From assembly GCA_965648905.1 (NCBI GenBank), contig CBFGIT010000007.1, positions 8,795 to 72,794 of the forward strand: 64,000 bases of DNA. Reading direction: 5' to 3'. The translations under genes and the position numbers were made by a program. How positions within the stretch are numbered: position 1 is the stretch's first letter; each line of letters opens with the position of its first letter. Of this stretch, positions 40,662-50,955 are shown piece after piece. Source of the DNA: a candidate division WOR-3 bacterium (GTDB lineage: Bacteria; Hydrothermota; Tepidihabitantia; Tepidihabitantales; Tepidihabitantaceae). Under the pieces are notes generated by a model. The model saw nothing but the letters and a program-made list of their open reading frames with translations. It was not told the DNA's origin and searched no databases.

Positions 40662-41453
40662 TCACTTCCACATGGTTGCGGCCAGTTCCTGACACAGAAT
40701 CCGGGTCAGATACTCGACATCGTACACCATCCTGCGCTTATCCTCTTTCTGCTCAACCAGTGCCTGCACCGACTTCTGGTCTCCGCGAAAAGCATCCTTG
40801 GCCTGCCACAGGATATCGCCGGTCTCGACGTCGACCAGCCGCACGCTCGCACCGACCTGGGCCGCAGGAGGCTTCGGCCCGAGCAGCATCATGAGCACCG
40901 GTACGATGGTGACGACTGCGGCCACGGTGATGGCGCAGGCGAGGGCATCGTTGCGGTCCCGATTGTTGTCGACGATAATGACCGGTGGGTAGTCCGGCTC
41001 GCGGCGGTGACGACGTTCGTAGTACCGCGCTGTGTCGACCTTGACACCGGGATGCGGTACGAACTGGGTGACGCTACCAAGGACCACCGCCTGGGCACCG
41101 AGCATCCGGCCGATGCGGGCCGCACTCTGCGGGTCAAACCGGAAGAGCGTGTCGAGGTCCTGCTCCTGCCACAGCTCCTCAATCCGGTTCCGCTCCACCA
41201 GGTCAAACCGGCCCGTCTTGCCCAGTTGCAGACCAAACTCCTCACCGACAATGGCCGCCGCGGCGGCCTGGTCGGTCAAGTTCTCAAACGGCAGCACGGC
41301 AACGCGCTTGGTCTCAGGTCCGGCCAGCTTGGCCGAACGGAAGAAGTTCGTAACCTGATACGGTCGGACGGTCGCGCAGTTGGTGCTCGCCAGTAGTGCG
41401 GCGAGCGAGACCGTCACCGTGAGCTGCCGACCAAGACGGGCAGTACCGGTCAT
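40662..41453 (-). CDS. CsgG/HfaB-like exported protein or lipoprotein
   Basis: RVAVLPFEN, FDLVER, AARIGRMLGAQAVVLG, RLVDVETGDILW. Confidence 0.75.
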   Translation of the reverse strand: MTGTARLGRQLTVTVSLAALLASTNCATVRPYQVTNFFRSAKLAGPETKRVAVLPFENLTDQAAAAAIVGEEFGLQLGKTGRFDLVERNRIEELWQEQDLDTLFRFDPQSAARIGRMLGAQAVVLGSVTQFVPHPGVKVDTARYYERRHRREPDYPPVIIVDNNRDRNDALACAITVAAVVTIVPVLMMLLGPKPPAAQVGASVRLVDVETGDILWQAKDAFRGDQKSVQALVEQKEDKRRMVYDVEYLTRILCQELAATMWK

Positions 41454-42001
41454 CGAACCGACTCGGCCATCAAGCGGGCCAGCCACATCGCCAGGTAGTC
41501 GGCATCGCGGCCCAGCCGGGTCCGGTCTTCGCGGTCATCGACCAGGGCCTGAACCCGGGCGTCGCCGCCCGAGAGCGCGTCTGAACCCTGCCAGGCGATC
41601 TCGCCGGTCTCGACCGAGACGAGACGCACGCTTGCACCCACCCGTCCGGGCCGATAATCGGTCATCGTGCCCATCACCACGGCATGAGCACCCAGCATCT
41701 TGCCCAACTGCACCGCGGTCGTCTTGTCAACCCGCGCCGGGTCCATATCCTGCTCTCGGTAGAGGTCGCTTATTCGCTGTCGCTCGACGATGTCAAACCG
41801 ACCGAGCTTGCCCAGTTGGAGACTGAACTCGTCGGCAAACCTCGTCCCGTCCGGTCCGGCCAGCGGCAGAACTGCCACCCGGTTCGCGCGAATTGAGGCC
41901 ATGGCTTGGGGGTTCTGGGTGAAGTTGGTGAAACGGTAGGGACGCGCCGAAGCACAGAACAGACCGAACGTCAACGGCAGCATCAACAGGCGTCTTGCCA
42001 T
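41450..42001 (-). CDS. CsgG/HfaB-like exported protein or lipoprotein (tandem paralog)
   Basis: RVAVLP, FDIVER, LGKMLGAHAVVMG, RLVSVETGEIAW. Confidence 0.75.
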   Translation of the reverse strand: MARRLLMLPLTFGLFCASARPYRFTNFTQNPQAMASIRANRVAVLPLAGPDGTRFADEFSLQLGKLGRFDIVERQRISDLYREQDMDPARVDKTTAVQLGKMLGAHAVVMGTMTDYRPGRVGASVRLVSVETGEIAWQGSDALSGGDARVQALVDDREDRTRLGRDADYLAMWLARLMAESVR

Positions 42002-42108
42002 CACAGCTTGCTCCTTCTGCGCCTTACCGGCACAGTGGGTTGATTCGTTCATATGGCTTGGCCGGGCGTCCATTAAGACGCCAAGCAAAGGCCTCGGGTT
42101 GCTCCCGG

Positions 42109-43239
42109 TTATCCTTTGCGGGAACTGCCCGGTTGCGGAAACAGCTTGGCGAGGACCTGGGGCAAGGTTGTGTACTCCATGTCCTTGAGTCCGAGTCGAT
42201 GTGGTTCGAACGGCCCGTGACGGCGCATGTAGTCGGCGACTTCATTCGCCTTGTCTCGAGCACGGTCGAACGACGGGTCATCGAACATATCGCGCGGCCC
42301 GACCAGCTTGCCCTTACTTACCTGGAACCCAAGGGCGATGACCCGCGGCGGGCCGTCAAACCTGGACGGCGTGGCCTGGGCCTGAGACACCGGCATCATC
42401 GGCCCATAGTGCGACCCCCGCATCCAGCCGGAAATCAGGTGCGGAAACGAGAAAGGCTCCAAGACTTCGCCGACCGCAGGCAGGCCCGACTGGCAGCGCA
42501 CAACCATGACCGGGTCGTCCTTGCCCACATACCGGCCGGCAATCAGGGCCAGCTTCTGAGTCGAGCTGGTCGCGGCAATCTCGCCGTCTTTCTTGTACAC
42601 GTTCTTGATGATGTAGTTCTCGGGCGAGCCGATGAGCACGAGCAGGTCATACATCTGCTCCGGACACGACAGCATGATGTCATCGCCCTTGTGCACGTCG
42701 TGCACCTCGAACCTGAATCCGTCGTGCATCGATGGGTCAATGACAAGGCCGATGGTGTTGAACGGGTCGGCAAACATCCGAAACAGCGGCAGGTTCCATG
42801 CTCCGGGCGCGCACTTGTCGCCACAGAAGACAACGATTGGCTCTGACTTCCGCTCAACAAAGGTCAGCTCGGCCACGCCCGGCCCCATGCCTTTGACATT
42901 GCCGGAGAATGCGTCGGACAGGATATCCTGCCCGGCTCCGTATAGCCCTAAGTCCCGGGCCAGCTCAGTGCAGTCGAGGAAAATGTCCCAGGCCAGCTTA
43001 TGAACCGTTTTGTTGTCGTTGCCGTTACGGTGGCTCATGATTAGCTCGAGGTCATCACCGGCCGCTGCCACTCGGAAGTCCTGAATGACTCCTGAACTCC
43101 GCGCACGGTCCAGACCCTGTGCGGCCCGGGCCAGGACATCAGGATGACTGGCAGAATGGCCAACGTATCCGCCGATATCTGCCTTGATTACGGAAATCGT
43201 GACCGGCCTTGCCGGGCCGGCAGACTTGGGCTTTTTCAC
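42109..43239 (-). CDS. fbp: bifunctional fructose-1,6-bisphosphate aldolase/phosphatase (class V FBPase)
   Basis: IKADIGG..GH, LYGAGQD, FSGNVKGMGPG, YVGKDDP, GWMRGSH, RFDGPPR, GPFEPHRL; GTG 43239 with SD GGAGG. Confidence 0.95.
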   Translation of the reverse strand: MKKPKSAGPARPVTISVIKADIGGYVGHSASHPDVLARAAQGLDRARSSGVIQDFRVAAAGDDLELIMSHRNGNDNKTVHKLAWDIFLDCTELARDLGLYGAGQDILSDAFSGNVKGMGPGVAELTFVERKSEPIVVFCGDKCAPGAWNLPLFRMFADPFNTIGLVIDPSMHDGFRFEVHDVHKGDDIMLSCPEQMYDLLVLIGSPENYIIKNVYKKDGEIAATSSTQKLALIAGRYVGKDDPVMVVRCQSGLPAVGEVLEPFSFPHLISGWMRGSHYGPMMPVSQAQATPSRFDGPPRVIALGFQVSKGKLVGPRDMFDDPSFDRARDKANEVADYMRRHGPFEPHRLGLKDMEYTTLPQVLAKLFPQPGSSRKG

Positions 43240-43374
43240 AGTTGTCCTCCGTGGGTTCACGGTGGTGAGAATAGGCCAGGAGTGGTCTGTTGTCAAGCAT
43301 GCCGCTCGTCTCTCAGTCTGCTTCCGGTCTCGACGGCAGTTGACTTGGGACAGGCTGGCCTTATGCTTTGGCCC

Positions 43375-45285
43375 GTGAACGCACTGCTAGCCCGGTTTCG
43401 CCAGCAGCTTCGCTCCGGCCAGCTCGACGAGATCGAAGACACCTGGCTGGAGTTGCTCGGGTCTGATGTCACGACCAGTGAGTTGCTCACGGTGGCGGAG
43501 AACGCAGCCCGGCAGGGGTTCGGACCAAAGGCCGCAGTGCTGCTTGCGGTCCTGGCCGAGAGCCTTGAAGAAAGAGGTCGGCACGAAGAACGGTTAACCG
43601 TGCTCCGGCGACTGGCCGAACACACACCCGGGGAACGACGTCTGGCCCGGGAACTGGCCGACGCATTCCGCCAAGTGCACGGCTCAGCCCCCGAGCTTGA
43701 ACAACTGCTCTCCCACTCCGGGCTGACCAGCGGGGCCCAGTTGTCCGAGGCGCTGCCGAAACTGGATCGCTATCTCGCATTCCTGCCCGGCGCCCGGGTC
43801 TACGAGCCGGAACGGGGGCCGGGCCGAGTGAAGAAGCTGGACCTGCTCCTTGACAAAGTCACGGTCGACTTCGATTGCGGTGCTGAGCTGACTTGGGACA
43901 TCGTCGCCGCAGCCCGGCAGGTACGGCCATCGGCGCCGGATGGGTTTCTTGCCCGCATGGCCCGCGACCCGGAGTCACTGGTCAAACTCGCACGGGAACA
44001 GGCCGGCACGCTGGCCGCGATGTATCTGCGTGACGTCGGTGAACCGGTCTCCCTGCGTCAGTTGCAGCAGGGTCTCAGCCCGGTGGTGCGGGCCGAGGAG
44101 TGGGACGGCTTCTGGTCCAAGGCGCGCCGCGACCTGAGCCGCAACCCCCATGTGCTCATGAAGCCAGGCGCAGTCCGGCTTTATCAGTGGGTTGACGAAC
44201 CGATAACTGGCTCACGACCTGCCGAAACGGTACGGCGGGTACGGCACGAGCTGAGTCCGGAGGATATCACCGCCATCGCCGAGAGCGAGATTGAACCTGC
44301 CTATGCTCGCCTGACCGGATTTGCCGAACGCCGCCGGTTTCTGGAACTGCTGCACACGACCAGGCCGGACGACTGGGACCGGCTCTATGTCCGGTTGTTC
44401 AATGTCGGGCGGGACAGCCGGGCACGGCTGGTAATCGAGCAGACGCTCCGGCAGGAACGACCGGCTCTTTGGCAGTCGCTTCTCGACGGTCTGCTGACCG
44501 GCTATCGCCGAAACCCGGAGTCTTTCCTCTGGTTCGCGGAGCAGGCCGAACGGCTCGGCTACGAGAACCCCAAGGCGCTGCTGACACGTGTTCTCGACCT
44601 CCTTGACTCCAGCGATTCCCGCCCATTGTGGAATCGACTGCGCAACCTGATTGCCGCCGACGACCATCGATTGATTCGCCAGGCGGTTGCGGCCATGGAC
44701 CGGACTGAAGCCGAGAGACTGCTTGCCCGGCTCCCCCGGTTGCGGCCGCTTGAGGGTTATCGGGCAGACGAGATGATTCAGGTCGTTGTCAGCCGGTTCC
44801 CCGAGCTGGACGACGCTCTGGCCGAGAATGTCATCTACACTACTGAGCAGGGTCTGGAAAAGGCCAAAGCCGAGATGCGCCATATTGCCGAAGAAGAGAT
44901 ACCCAGGTCGGCTGAGGAGATTGCCCGCGCTCGAGCCCACGGTGACCTGAGCGAGAACTACGAGTACAAGGCCGCCAAAGAGAAACAGGCGCGGCTGATG
45001 CAGAAGGCGAGCCGCCTGCGCGACGAACTGGCACGCGCCCGGGTCATTGTTGCCGCCGACATCGATACCTCAGAGGTCACGATCGGTTGTCGAGTGACGC
45101 TCGCGGATGAAACCGGGCAGCGTCACATCTATACCCTGCTTGGACCGTGGGACACCGACACTGAGCACGGTATCATCTCGTATCAATCCCCGTTTGCCGG
45201 TCGGCTGATGGGTAAGAAGGTCGGCGACCCGATTGAGGTCGAAGGCCGACCCCATACGGTCGCGGCCATTGAATCCGCGCTCTAG
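43375..45285 (+). CDS. greA: GreA/GreB transcription factor with long N-terminal extension
   Basis: C-terminal ARAHGDLSENYEY, ISYQSP..LMGKKVGD; GTG 43375 lies 7 nt after TTGACT-N16-TATGCT. Confidence 0.85.
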   Translation: MNALLARFRQQLRSGQLDEIEDTWLELLGSDVTTSELLTVAENAARQGFGPKAAVLLAVLAESLEERGRHEERLTVLRRLAEHTPGERRLARELADAFRQVHGSAPELEQLLSHSGLTSGAQLSEALPKLDRYLAFLPGARVYEPERGPGRVKKLDLLLDKVTVDFDCGAELTWDIVAAARQVRPSAPDGFLARMARDPESLVKLAREQAGTLAAMYLRDVGEPVSLRQLQQGLSPVVRAEEWDGFWSKARRDLSRNPHVLMKPGAVRLYQWVDEPITGSRPAETVRRVRHELSPEDITAIAESEIEPAYARLTGFAERRRFLELLHTTRPDDWDRLYVRLFNVGRDSRARLVIEQTLRQERPALWQSLLDGLLTGYRRNPESFLWFAEQAERLGYENPKALLTRVLDLLDSSDSRPLWNRLRNLIAADDHRLIRQAVAAMDRTEAERLLARLPRLRPLEGYRADEMIQVVVSRFPELDDALAENVIYTTEQGLEKAKAEMRHIAEEEIPRSAEEIARARAHGDLSENYEYKAAKEKQARLMQKASRLRDELARARVIVAADIDTSEVTIGCRVTLADETGQRHIYTLLGPWDTDTEHGIISYQSPFAGRLMGKKVGDPIEVEGRPHTVAAIESAL

Positions 45286-45290
45286 CGCTT

Positions 45291-45938
45291 GTGGGCCTGG
45301 TCTTCCGTCTTGACCCCGCTGACCCGGACCGCGACGCGATTGCCCAGGCAGCAGCGGTCCTGAAGCAAGGCGGTGTTGCCGTTTTCCCGACCGAAACCGT
45401 CTACGGTCTTGGCGCTGACCTGCGGAACGACGCCGGGATAGAGCGCGTGTTTCGCATCAAGCGGCGCGGGCACGACCTGCCACTGTTGATACACTGTGCA
45501 AACCAAGGGCAGGTCGGTCGCTATGTGGCGGATTGGCCTGACAGTGCGGAGATGCTGGCCCGAGTCTACTGGCCTGGCCCGCTAGCCCTGGTTCTGTGGC
45601 GCAGCCGGGCCGTGCCAGAGGCCGTCACCGGAGTGAGAAGCGTGGGCATCAGAGTGGTTGCTGACCGAGTGGCGCAGGAACTGATTGACACACTGGGCGC
45701 GCCGATTGCCGGAACCAGCGCCAACCTGCACGGTCAGATAGCAACCAGCAGGTTTGACCAGATAAGGAACGAAATCCTGGACGGTGCTGACATTGCTCTG
45801 GACATCGGCCAATGCGGCAAGGACGTGGCTTCAACTGTGCTCGACCTGACCGTTGACCCGCCGCGGGTTGTACGGGCCGGTGCGGTGCCGGTTGCCGGCA
45901 TTGAGGAAGTACTCAGGCTGAAGGTGACCGGACACTGA
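45291..45938 (+). CDS. tsaC: L-threonylcarbamoyladenylate synthase
   Basis: FPTETVYGL, IKRR, WPGPL, TSANLHG, STVLD. Confidence 0.93.
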   Translation: MGLVFRLDPADPDRDAIAQAAAVLKQGGVAVFPTETVYGLGADLRNDAGIERVFRIKRRGHDLPLLIHCANQGQVGRYVADWPDSAEMLARVYWPGPLALVLWRSRAVPEAVTGVRSVGIRVVADRVAQELIDTLGAPIAGTSANLHGQIATSRFDQIRNEILDGADIALDIGQCGKDVASTVLDLTVDPPRVVRAGAVPVAGIEEVLRLKVTGH

Positions 45939-45943
45939 CCCGG

Positions 45944-47536
45944 CTAGTAGCGGTATTCCACGCGAAGGTCAAAGTCGAACCCGGTCTGCTCGCGACCGGG
46001 TACACCAAGGTAGTTGCGGCTCGACCAGAAACCCACCGCCCCGAACACACCAAGGTCACGGCCCAGACGAATCTCCAGCTCAGGAACGAGACGGGTGGTA
46101 TGGTCTACCTGTTCGATGATGTTGCCGAGTGAGTCGTAGCCGACTGCCGGGAACTGGAAGTACTCGCGCAGGTATGCCGTATCACCAAGGTGAAAACTCT
46201 GTCGCTGCCAGCCGCCCCGGTTGAAGTACCCGCGACGAGTGCGGTCTGCCCGTGCGCCCAGTCTGAGCCAGGAACAGGGCGTAACCCGGACTGAAGCAAT
46301 GACCTGGTCTGCGTCCGGCCCGAGCTCGTGTCCGAGTGGGACAAGGTAGTTCTCATACATGATGGACGGAACGCGGTGGTAGTAGGTGAATGCGGTTATG
46401 ACGTTGTACTCGGCACGCAGCTCCAGCGGCAGCCTTGGAGCCCAGTAGGCCCCGGTCTGGGCTGCGATTGCATTCGGGGCAACCGCCAGCTCGTTCAGCT
46501 CCCAGTTGTCGACAAACAACTGAGCATAGACCTTGGTCTGTGGCAGGTAGGCACAGACGTCCCAGCCGACGAGGAAGTTGCCGTCATGGCCTGACCCGGC
46601 TTCAGACAGGAAGTTTGGTATCAGGGGATTGACCAGACCGCCGAGCTGGCCCGGCTGGAGCGCATCCCAGGATGCGATGTCCATCATCGCGCCGGCCAGC
46701 GTGACCCGGTCCCAGAGCGAGAGTTCGATGCGTTGGGCCGAAAGGAAGCGCGGCCTGGTGCCCCAACGCGAAAGGAGCGACGTAAGACTGAGGAACTTGA
46801 AGTTGCGGTAGCTCGCACAGAACTGGACGTGGTCAAGGGCCGGAGCGTTGTTGTCGAGCATCATCGAGCCGGAAAAACCCGGGCCCCAGACAAATTCGTC
46901 CCGGCCCAGCTCCAGGCGCATCCAAGGAACCTTGAAAGCCAGATAGGCCAGCTCGGTCTCAAGCGTCGCGATGTCGCGCCAGGGCAACACACGCATGCCC
47001 GGGATATGGCGGCCGGCTGAGTCGCGCGGGATGGCGACCTCGACGATCTTCGGCTGCCAGAAATCGAGCTCGAACCGCTCGTAGAATGCGAAATTGTCGC
47101 CCGGCCGGTTGTTGATAACCGCGCCGATGCCGACGCGCCGACGCGCCGTATCGGCGTGCGCGCGTCCGTACAGGTCGAGCCGGGCCGAAGCACCGGGCAA
47201 CTCGGGCACGGCCAGACTTGCCACCGGTCGACGCGCACCGGTCCCTGCGGGATGAACGAGCAGCTCATCGGCAAACTCAGTCATCAGTCGTGCGAGGGCG
47301 GCACGCTGGGCCGCGGGCAGCTTCTGCTGACCAGCCACAGATTCCGCCTCAGCCACGAGGCGCGCAGCCTCAGCCCGGGTCCAGGGTCGGCTCGTCGAAG
47401 GCATGGCCCGGACAAGACCCGCGGTCTTGAGTAGGTCAAAATCATCGTAGAGCTTGGAGTCGGTCGGAACATGTTCGATGCTGGCACCAACGGCAAGTGC
47501 CACGGCCGCGGCCAGTCCAAGCAGAAGCCGGGCCAT
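45944..47536 (-). CDS. capsule assembly Wzi-like outer-membrane protein
   Basis: Signal peptide, RPWTRAE, LGRD...WGPG..GS..LDNNAP, LGHELGPDAD, terminal EYRY. Confidence 0.75.
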   Translation of the reverse strand: MARLLLGLAAAVALAVGASIEHVPTDSKLYDDFDLLKTAGLVRAMPSTSRPWTRAEAARLVAEAESVAGQQKLPAAQRAALARLMTEFADELLVHPAGTGARRPVASLAVPELPGASARLDLYGRAHADTARRRVGIGAVINNRPGDNFAFYERFELDFWQPKIVEVAIPRDSAGRHIPGMRVLPWRDIATLETELAYLAFKVPWMRLELGRDEFVWGPGFSGSMMLDNNAPALDHVQFCASYRNFKFLSLTSLLSRWGTRPRFLSAQRIELSLWDRVTLAGAMMDIASWDALQPGQLGGLVNPLIPNFLSEAGSGHDGNFLVGWDVCAYLPQTKVYAQLFVDNWELNELAVAPNAIAAQTGAYWAPRLPLELRAEYNVITAFTYYHRVPSIMYENYLVPLGHELGPDADQVIASVRVTPCSWLRLGARADRTRRGYFNRGGWQRQSFHLGDTAYLREYFQFPAVGYDSLGNIIEQVDHTTRLVPELEIRLGRDLGVFGAVGFWSSRNYLGVPGREQTGFDFDLRVEYRY

Positions 47537-47538
47537 CG

Positions 47539-48279
47539 CTAGTGTATCACACCCAGCCAGTCGCGCAGGAGAAACTGAAGCTGGCCGATGAGCAGAGACA
47601 TGCGGGCCATGACCGTGTAGCCGAACGACGCACCGAAGCCAATCATCAGGAAGGTGATACCGGTACTTGCCAGACCTTTCTGCAATCCCTTCTGCTCCCG
47701 GGAGAAGAAGAAGTAGATGACCGCGGACACCGCTCCGACAAAGATGGTCAATGGCGCCAGTGCCCACAGGAACGCCTCGGCCGCATCGGACAGCGAGTTA
47801 AGGCTGTGGAAGTGACTCAGATGGTTCCACGCCTGCGTCATCTGGGCCGGCAGGTCCTTAGTCAGCCAGGCAGGAGTCAGGATAGTACCCTGCGCCTGCT
47901 TGAGTACCGAGGTCTGAATGATGCTGGGGATAATGACTCCTGAGCCCCAGCCGAGGATGAACGACATCGGTATCCGCATCATCCAGGATATCTTCGGCAC
48001 GAACGCGAAGAAATACATGATGCCGAGCGCAAGGGGGATAATCAGGAGCAGCTTCTGGATGATGCTCACCTCGGCGAGCGGGCTGACAAACAGCCGGCGA
48101 AACAGGTCGGGCCAGAGCGTGCTCCACGTCGCCACGGTTATCACGTACCCGAGCGAGACGCCGACGTACAGGTGCTCGCAGAACTTGTAGAACGGGTTGT
48201 CGCGGAACAGGAACGAGAAGATGCCCAGCGTGAGCAGGGCAGCGACCCAAATCCAGACGTCAGTTGCCAGATACATCAC
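47539..48279 (-). CDS. hypothetical multi-TM membrane protein (DUF6754 cluster)
   Basis: About 6-7 hydrophobic segments; SFLFRDNPFYKFCEHLYVG; coupled to neighbours. Confidence 0.75.
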   Translation of the reverse strand: MMYLATDVWIWVAALLTLGIFSFLFRDNPFYKFCEHLYVGVSLGYVITVATWSTLWPDLFRRLFVSPLAEVSIIQKLLLIIPLALGIMYFFAFVPKISWMMRIPMSFILGWGSGVIIPSIIQTSVLKQAQGTILTPAWLTKDLPAQMTQAWNHLSHFHSLNSLSDAAEAFLWALAPLTIFVGAVSAVIYFFFSREQKGLQKGLASTGITFLMIGFGASFGYTVMARMSLLIGQLQFLLRDWLGVIH

Positions 48280-49146
48280 TGCCTCCTCTTCCGGCTGAGG
48301 AAAAAGCCGACGTTGCCCAGAATCACCAGCAGAACAATGGCAAAGTGAGCGAAACTCTGGGCATCCATCGCGTTCAAGGCCGGGGTACCGGCCTGCCTGA
48401 TATTGGCCTGAGACAGCAGCACTTCGTACTCAGCCGCACCCTTCATGCCGGCGACAATGCCCAGCAACTGACCGGTGCCCAGATAGGGATACGCGTCCGC
48501 GGCCTGGACCGCGGTCGTGCCGGTTGCCATCTTCGCCCGGTATCGGGACTGCGCGTACAGCAGCCAGTCCGCGTACCCGGGCGTGCCGGCCGACAGCGAC
48601 ACGATGAACCCGACGTCCGACAGCTTCCTGATGTCGTGCATCATCGGATGTTCTTCAAGGCGCGTGCCGAGTCCGTCCACCGGGAACGTCCGGGCGACGT
48701 TCTCGCCCATGCCGAGAATGACCGCATCGACGCCGGCCTTGTAGCCGAGGAAAACGTAGTCGCGACCGTTCTCCTTGTTGTACTCCTGCGCGGCATCCTG
48801 GAGCGCACGGCGGCCCAGCCCGACGCCGTTCGGCCAGAGCCCGACGACCAGCACCCTGACGTTGCGGGCGAACGCGTGTCGGATGAGCGCCTTCAGCATC
48901 GGCAGCAGCTCGGCCTGTGAAGCCGGGTCGAAGTCGACCGAGACCAGCAGCGGACGGCCGGTGTACTGCAGGCTGTCAACCTGTTCGTAGACCTGACGGA
49001 CGCGCTGCGACACGCCGCCCATCGGCTTGACCGAAAGCCCAAGCGAGAGAATCAAAGGTACAATAATAACCAGGAGCAGAATGACATAGACGATACGTCG
49101 GTCAATCTGCCCAAGGGTCTGCCAGAAACCGGGTCTGCTCGCCATG
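48276..49146 (-). CDS. hypothetical membrane-anchored alpha/beta protein (DUF6754 cluster)
   Basis: N- and C-terminal TMs flanking a soluble domain; ATG 49146 follows SD GGAGG. Confidence 0.75.
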
Positions 49147-49788
49147 TTACTTACCTCCTCCTCCACCCAGCCAGCCGCGCTCGATGCCGAGGATGATCTT
49201 GAGCGAGGTAGCGATGCTGCCCAGGGCCACGCCGAAAGTGATGCCGCGCTTGGCCGCCATGTTCGGCACCTCGAGCAGGTACCGCGACCACTGCGGGAAC
49301 CGGTCCCAGATGACCTTGCCGAGCGGGACGCTGCCCAGCATCACCATGAAGGCCGCAACCAGCAGGATGGTCGCTTCGCGGTTGCGTGCCCGGAACGCGC
49401 GGTAGCTGGCCGAGGCGATGTAGAACGCGAGGATGGCGAACATTGATGCTCCGAGCGGCACCTGGACGTTAGCGTAGATGACGTTGATGAGCAACTGCTT
49501 GTTGTTCATCATTGTCGGCCCCGCGGCCCAGCCGATAATCGTCGTGGCCGCCAGTGCCACCAGGGTCACAATCGAATAGCCCCAGCCCGGGCTCTTACGC
49601 TGGAGCCTCGTGACATGATGGATTATCAGACTGCCCGCGCCCAGCACCAGCGCAAACCCGCTCACGAGCCGCACCCAGGTGTTGATTGTCTCGAGGAACG
49701 CCCGCGAGAAGGGATGCGGGGAGAAGAACTGGACCATCATCAGGACACCGGCAATCAGACAGATAGTCAGGGGAAGGTTTCTTCTCAT
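49147..49788 (-). CDS. hypothetical multi-TM membrane protein (DUF6754 cluster)
   Basis: About 6 TMs; [23 protein letters not shown]. Confidence 0.75.
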   Translation of the reverse strand: MRRNLPLTICLIAGVLMMVQFFSPHPFSRAFLETINTWVRLVSGFALVLGAGSLIIHHVTRLQRKSPGWGYSIVTLVALAATTIIGWAAGPTMMNNKQLLINVIYANVQVPLGASMFAILAFYIASASYRAFRARNREATILLVAAFMVMLGSVPLGKVIWDRFPQWSRYLLEVPNMAAKRGITFGVALGSIATSLKIILGIERGWLGGGGGK

Positions 49789-49797
49789 CGTTGCTCC

Positions 49798-50952
49798 CTA
49801 CGTGTTGAGGATGGTGAAGGCGAAGCTCAACCAGCCCAGCCCCTTGACCGCGCTGAGCAGGTATAGCGCCGAGCAGACCGCCAGCACGACGATGATGACC
49901 AGCTTGCCGTAGTCCTGTCCCACGAGCGAACCCAGGAGCAGCGGCTCGCGCGACAGGTAAGCCGAGGCAGCGTAGAGTTCCTCGCCAATCAAAGTGTAGT
50001 CGCACGCGGTAATGAAGAACGGCAACTGGTAGATGGCATCAGTTCCGGCAATCTGAATCGCCCCGGTGGTCGAGCCGGTTTCGGCAAGAATCAGCGACTC
50101 GGCCGCGAACCAGCCGAGCATGAAATTGGTCGCCGGCTTCTCCCGCACCATGATGCCATCGACCGCGGCCGCATAAGCGAACTGCTCCGAGGTGATGTAG
50201 TAGATGTTATCGGGCTTGAAGGTGTCGGGACGGCCGACCTTGGCGTGGGCCTCTTTCACCATCTCGCGGGCAATCGTGTAAACCACCGGGTCTGAATTAG
50301 GCACGACCAGGGTCGTATCGTACTGGGCGGTCTTCTTGGCAATCTCGCCAAGGATGTTCATCGATGCGATGGTTGATATCTGGGCCGCGGAACCGATGCC
50401 GGGAATGAAGACGATCGGCTTGCCCATTTCGGTCGCCCGGCCGACCGACTCCTCAACCGCGTCCAGACCGGCGATGCGGCGGACAAACAGGTTCCGCCCC
50501 TTACGCGCGTGACTGATGAAGTAGAGGATGATTGCGAAGAACACGACGATGGCCACAAAGATGTTGGCAAGACGCAGATCCAGCCACTGCGCCTTCGGAC
50601 TCACCTCCGCGGTCGGCTCGCTCCAGGCGGTGTCTGCGCCCCGAACCGCGCCGACCCGATATCGATAGCGGTTGCCGCTCGCCACGTTCTCGTCGGTAAA
50701 GGCCCGCTCGTCCGGGCCAGCCGTGCCGGCCAGTTCCGGCGTGCCATCGGGTCCGGTGCGCTCAACAACAAAGGCTTCGACCGGCCCTGGGCCCGGTGCG
50801 CTCCAAACAAGCTCGAGACTCTTGCCCTGGTCATTGGGCGTGTCAAACGCCCGCAGCGCGGTCGGCGCCGCAAGCGGCGGCCCGGGCGGCGACGAATCGG
50901 CTACCGGCGGAGCCTGGGCAACAAGCGACAAGACGATGAGCAGTGATATCAT
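49798..50952 (-). CDS. fibronectin type III + DUF6754-like membrane protein
   Basis: Signal peptide, Fn3 (APT.L...DTPND.G..L.W...Y.YRV.A), RRIAGLDA.EE.VGRATEMG, LIGEELYAASAYL. Confidence 0.75.
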   Translation of the reverse strand: MISLLIVLSLVAQAPPVADSSPPGPPLAAPTALRAFDTPNDQGKSLELVWSAPGPGPVEAFVVERTGPDGTPELAGTAGPDERAFTDENVASGNRYRYRVGAVRGADTAWSEPTAEVSPKAQWLDLRLANIFVAIVVFFAIILYFISHARKGRNLFVRRIAGLDAVEESVGRATEMGKPIVFIPGIGSAAQISTIASMNILGEIAKKTAQYDTTLVVPNSDPVVYTIAREMVKEAHAKVGRPDTFKPDNIYYITSEQFAYAAAVDGIMVREKPATNFMLGWFAAESLILAETGSTTGAIQIAGTDAIYQLPFFITACDYTLIGEELYAASAYLSREPLLLGSLVGQDYGKLVIIVVLAVCSALYLLSAVKGLGWLSFAFTILNT

Positions 50953-50955
50953 TGA

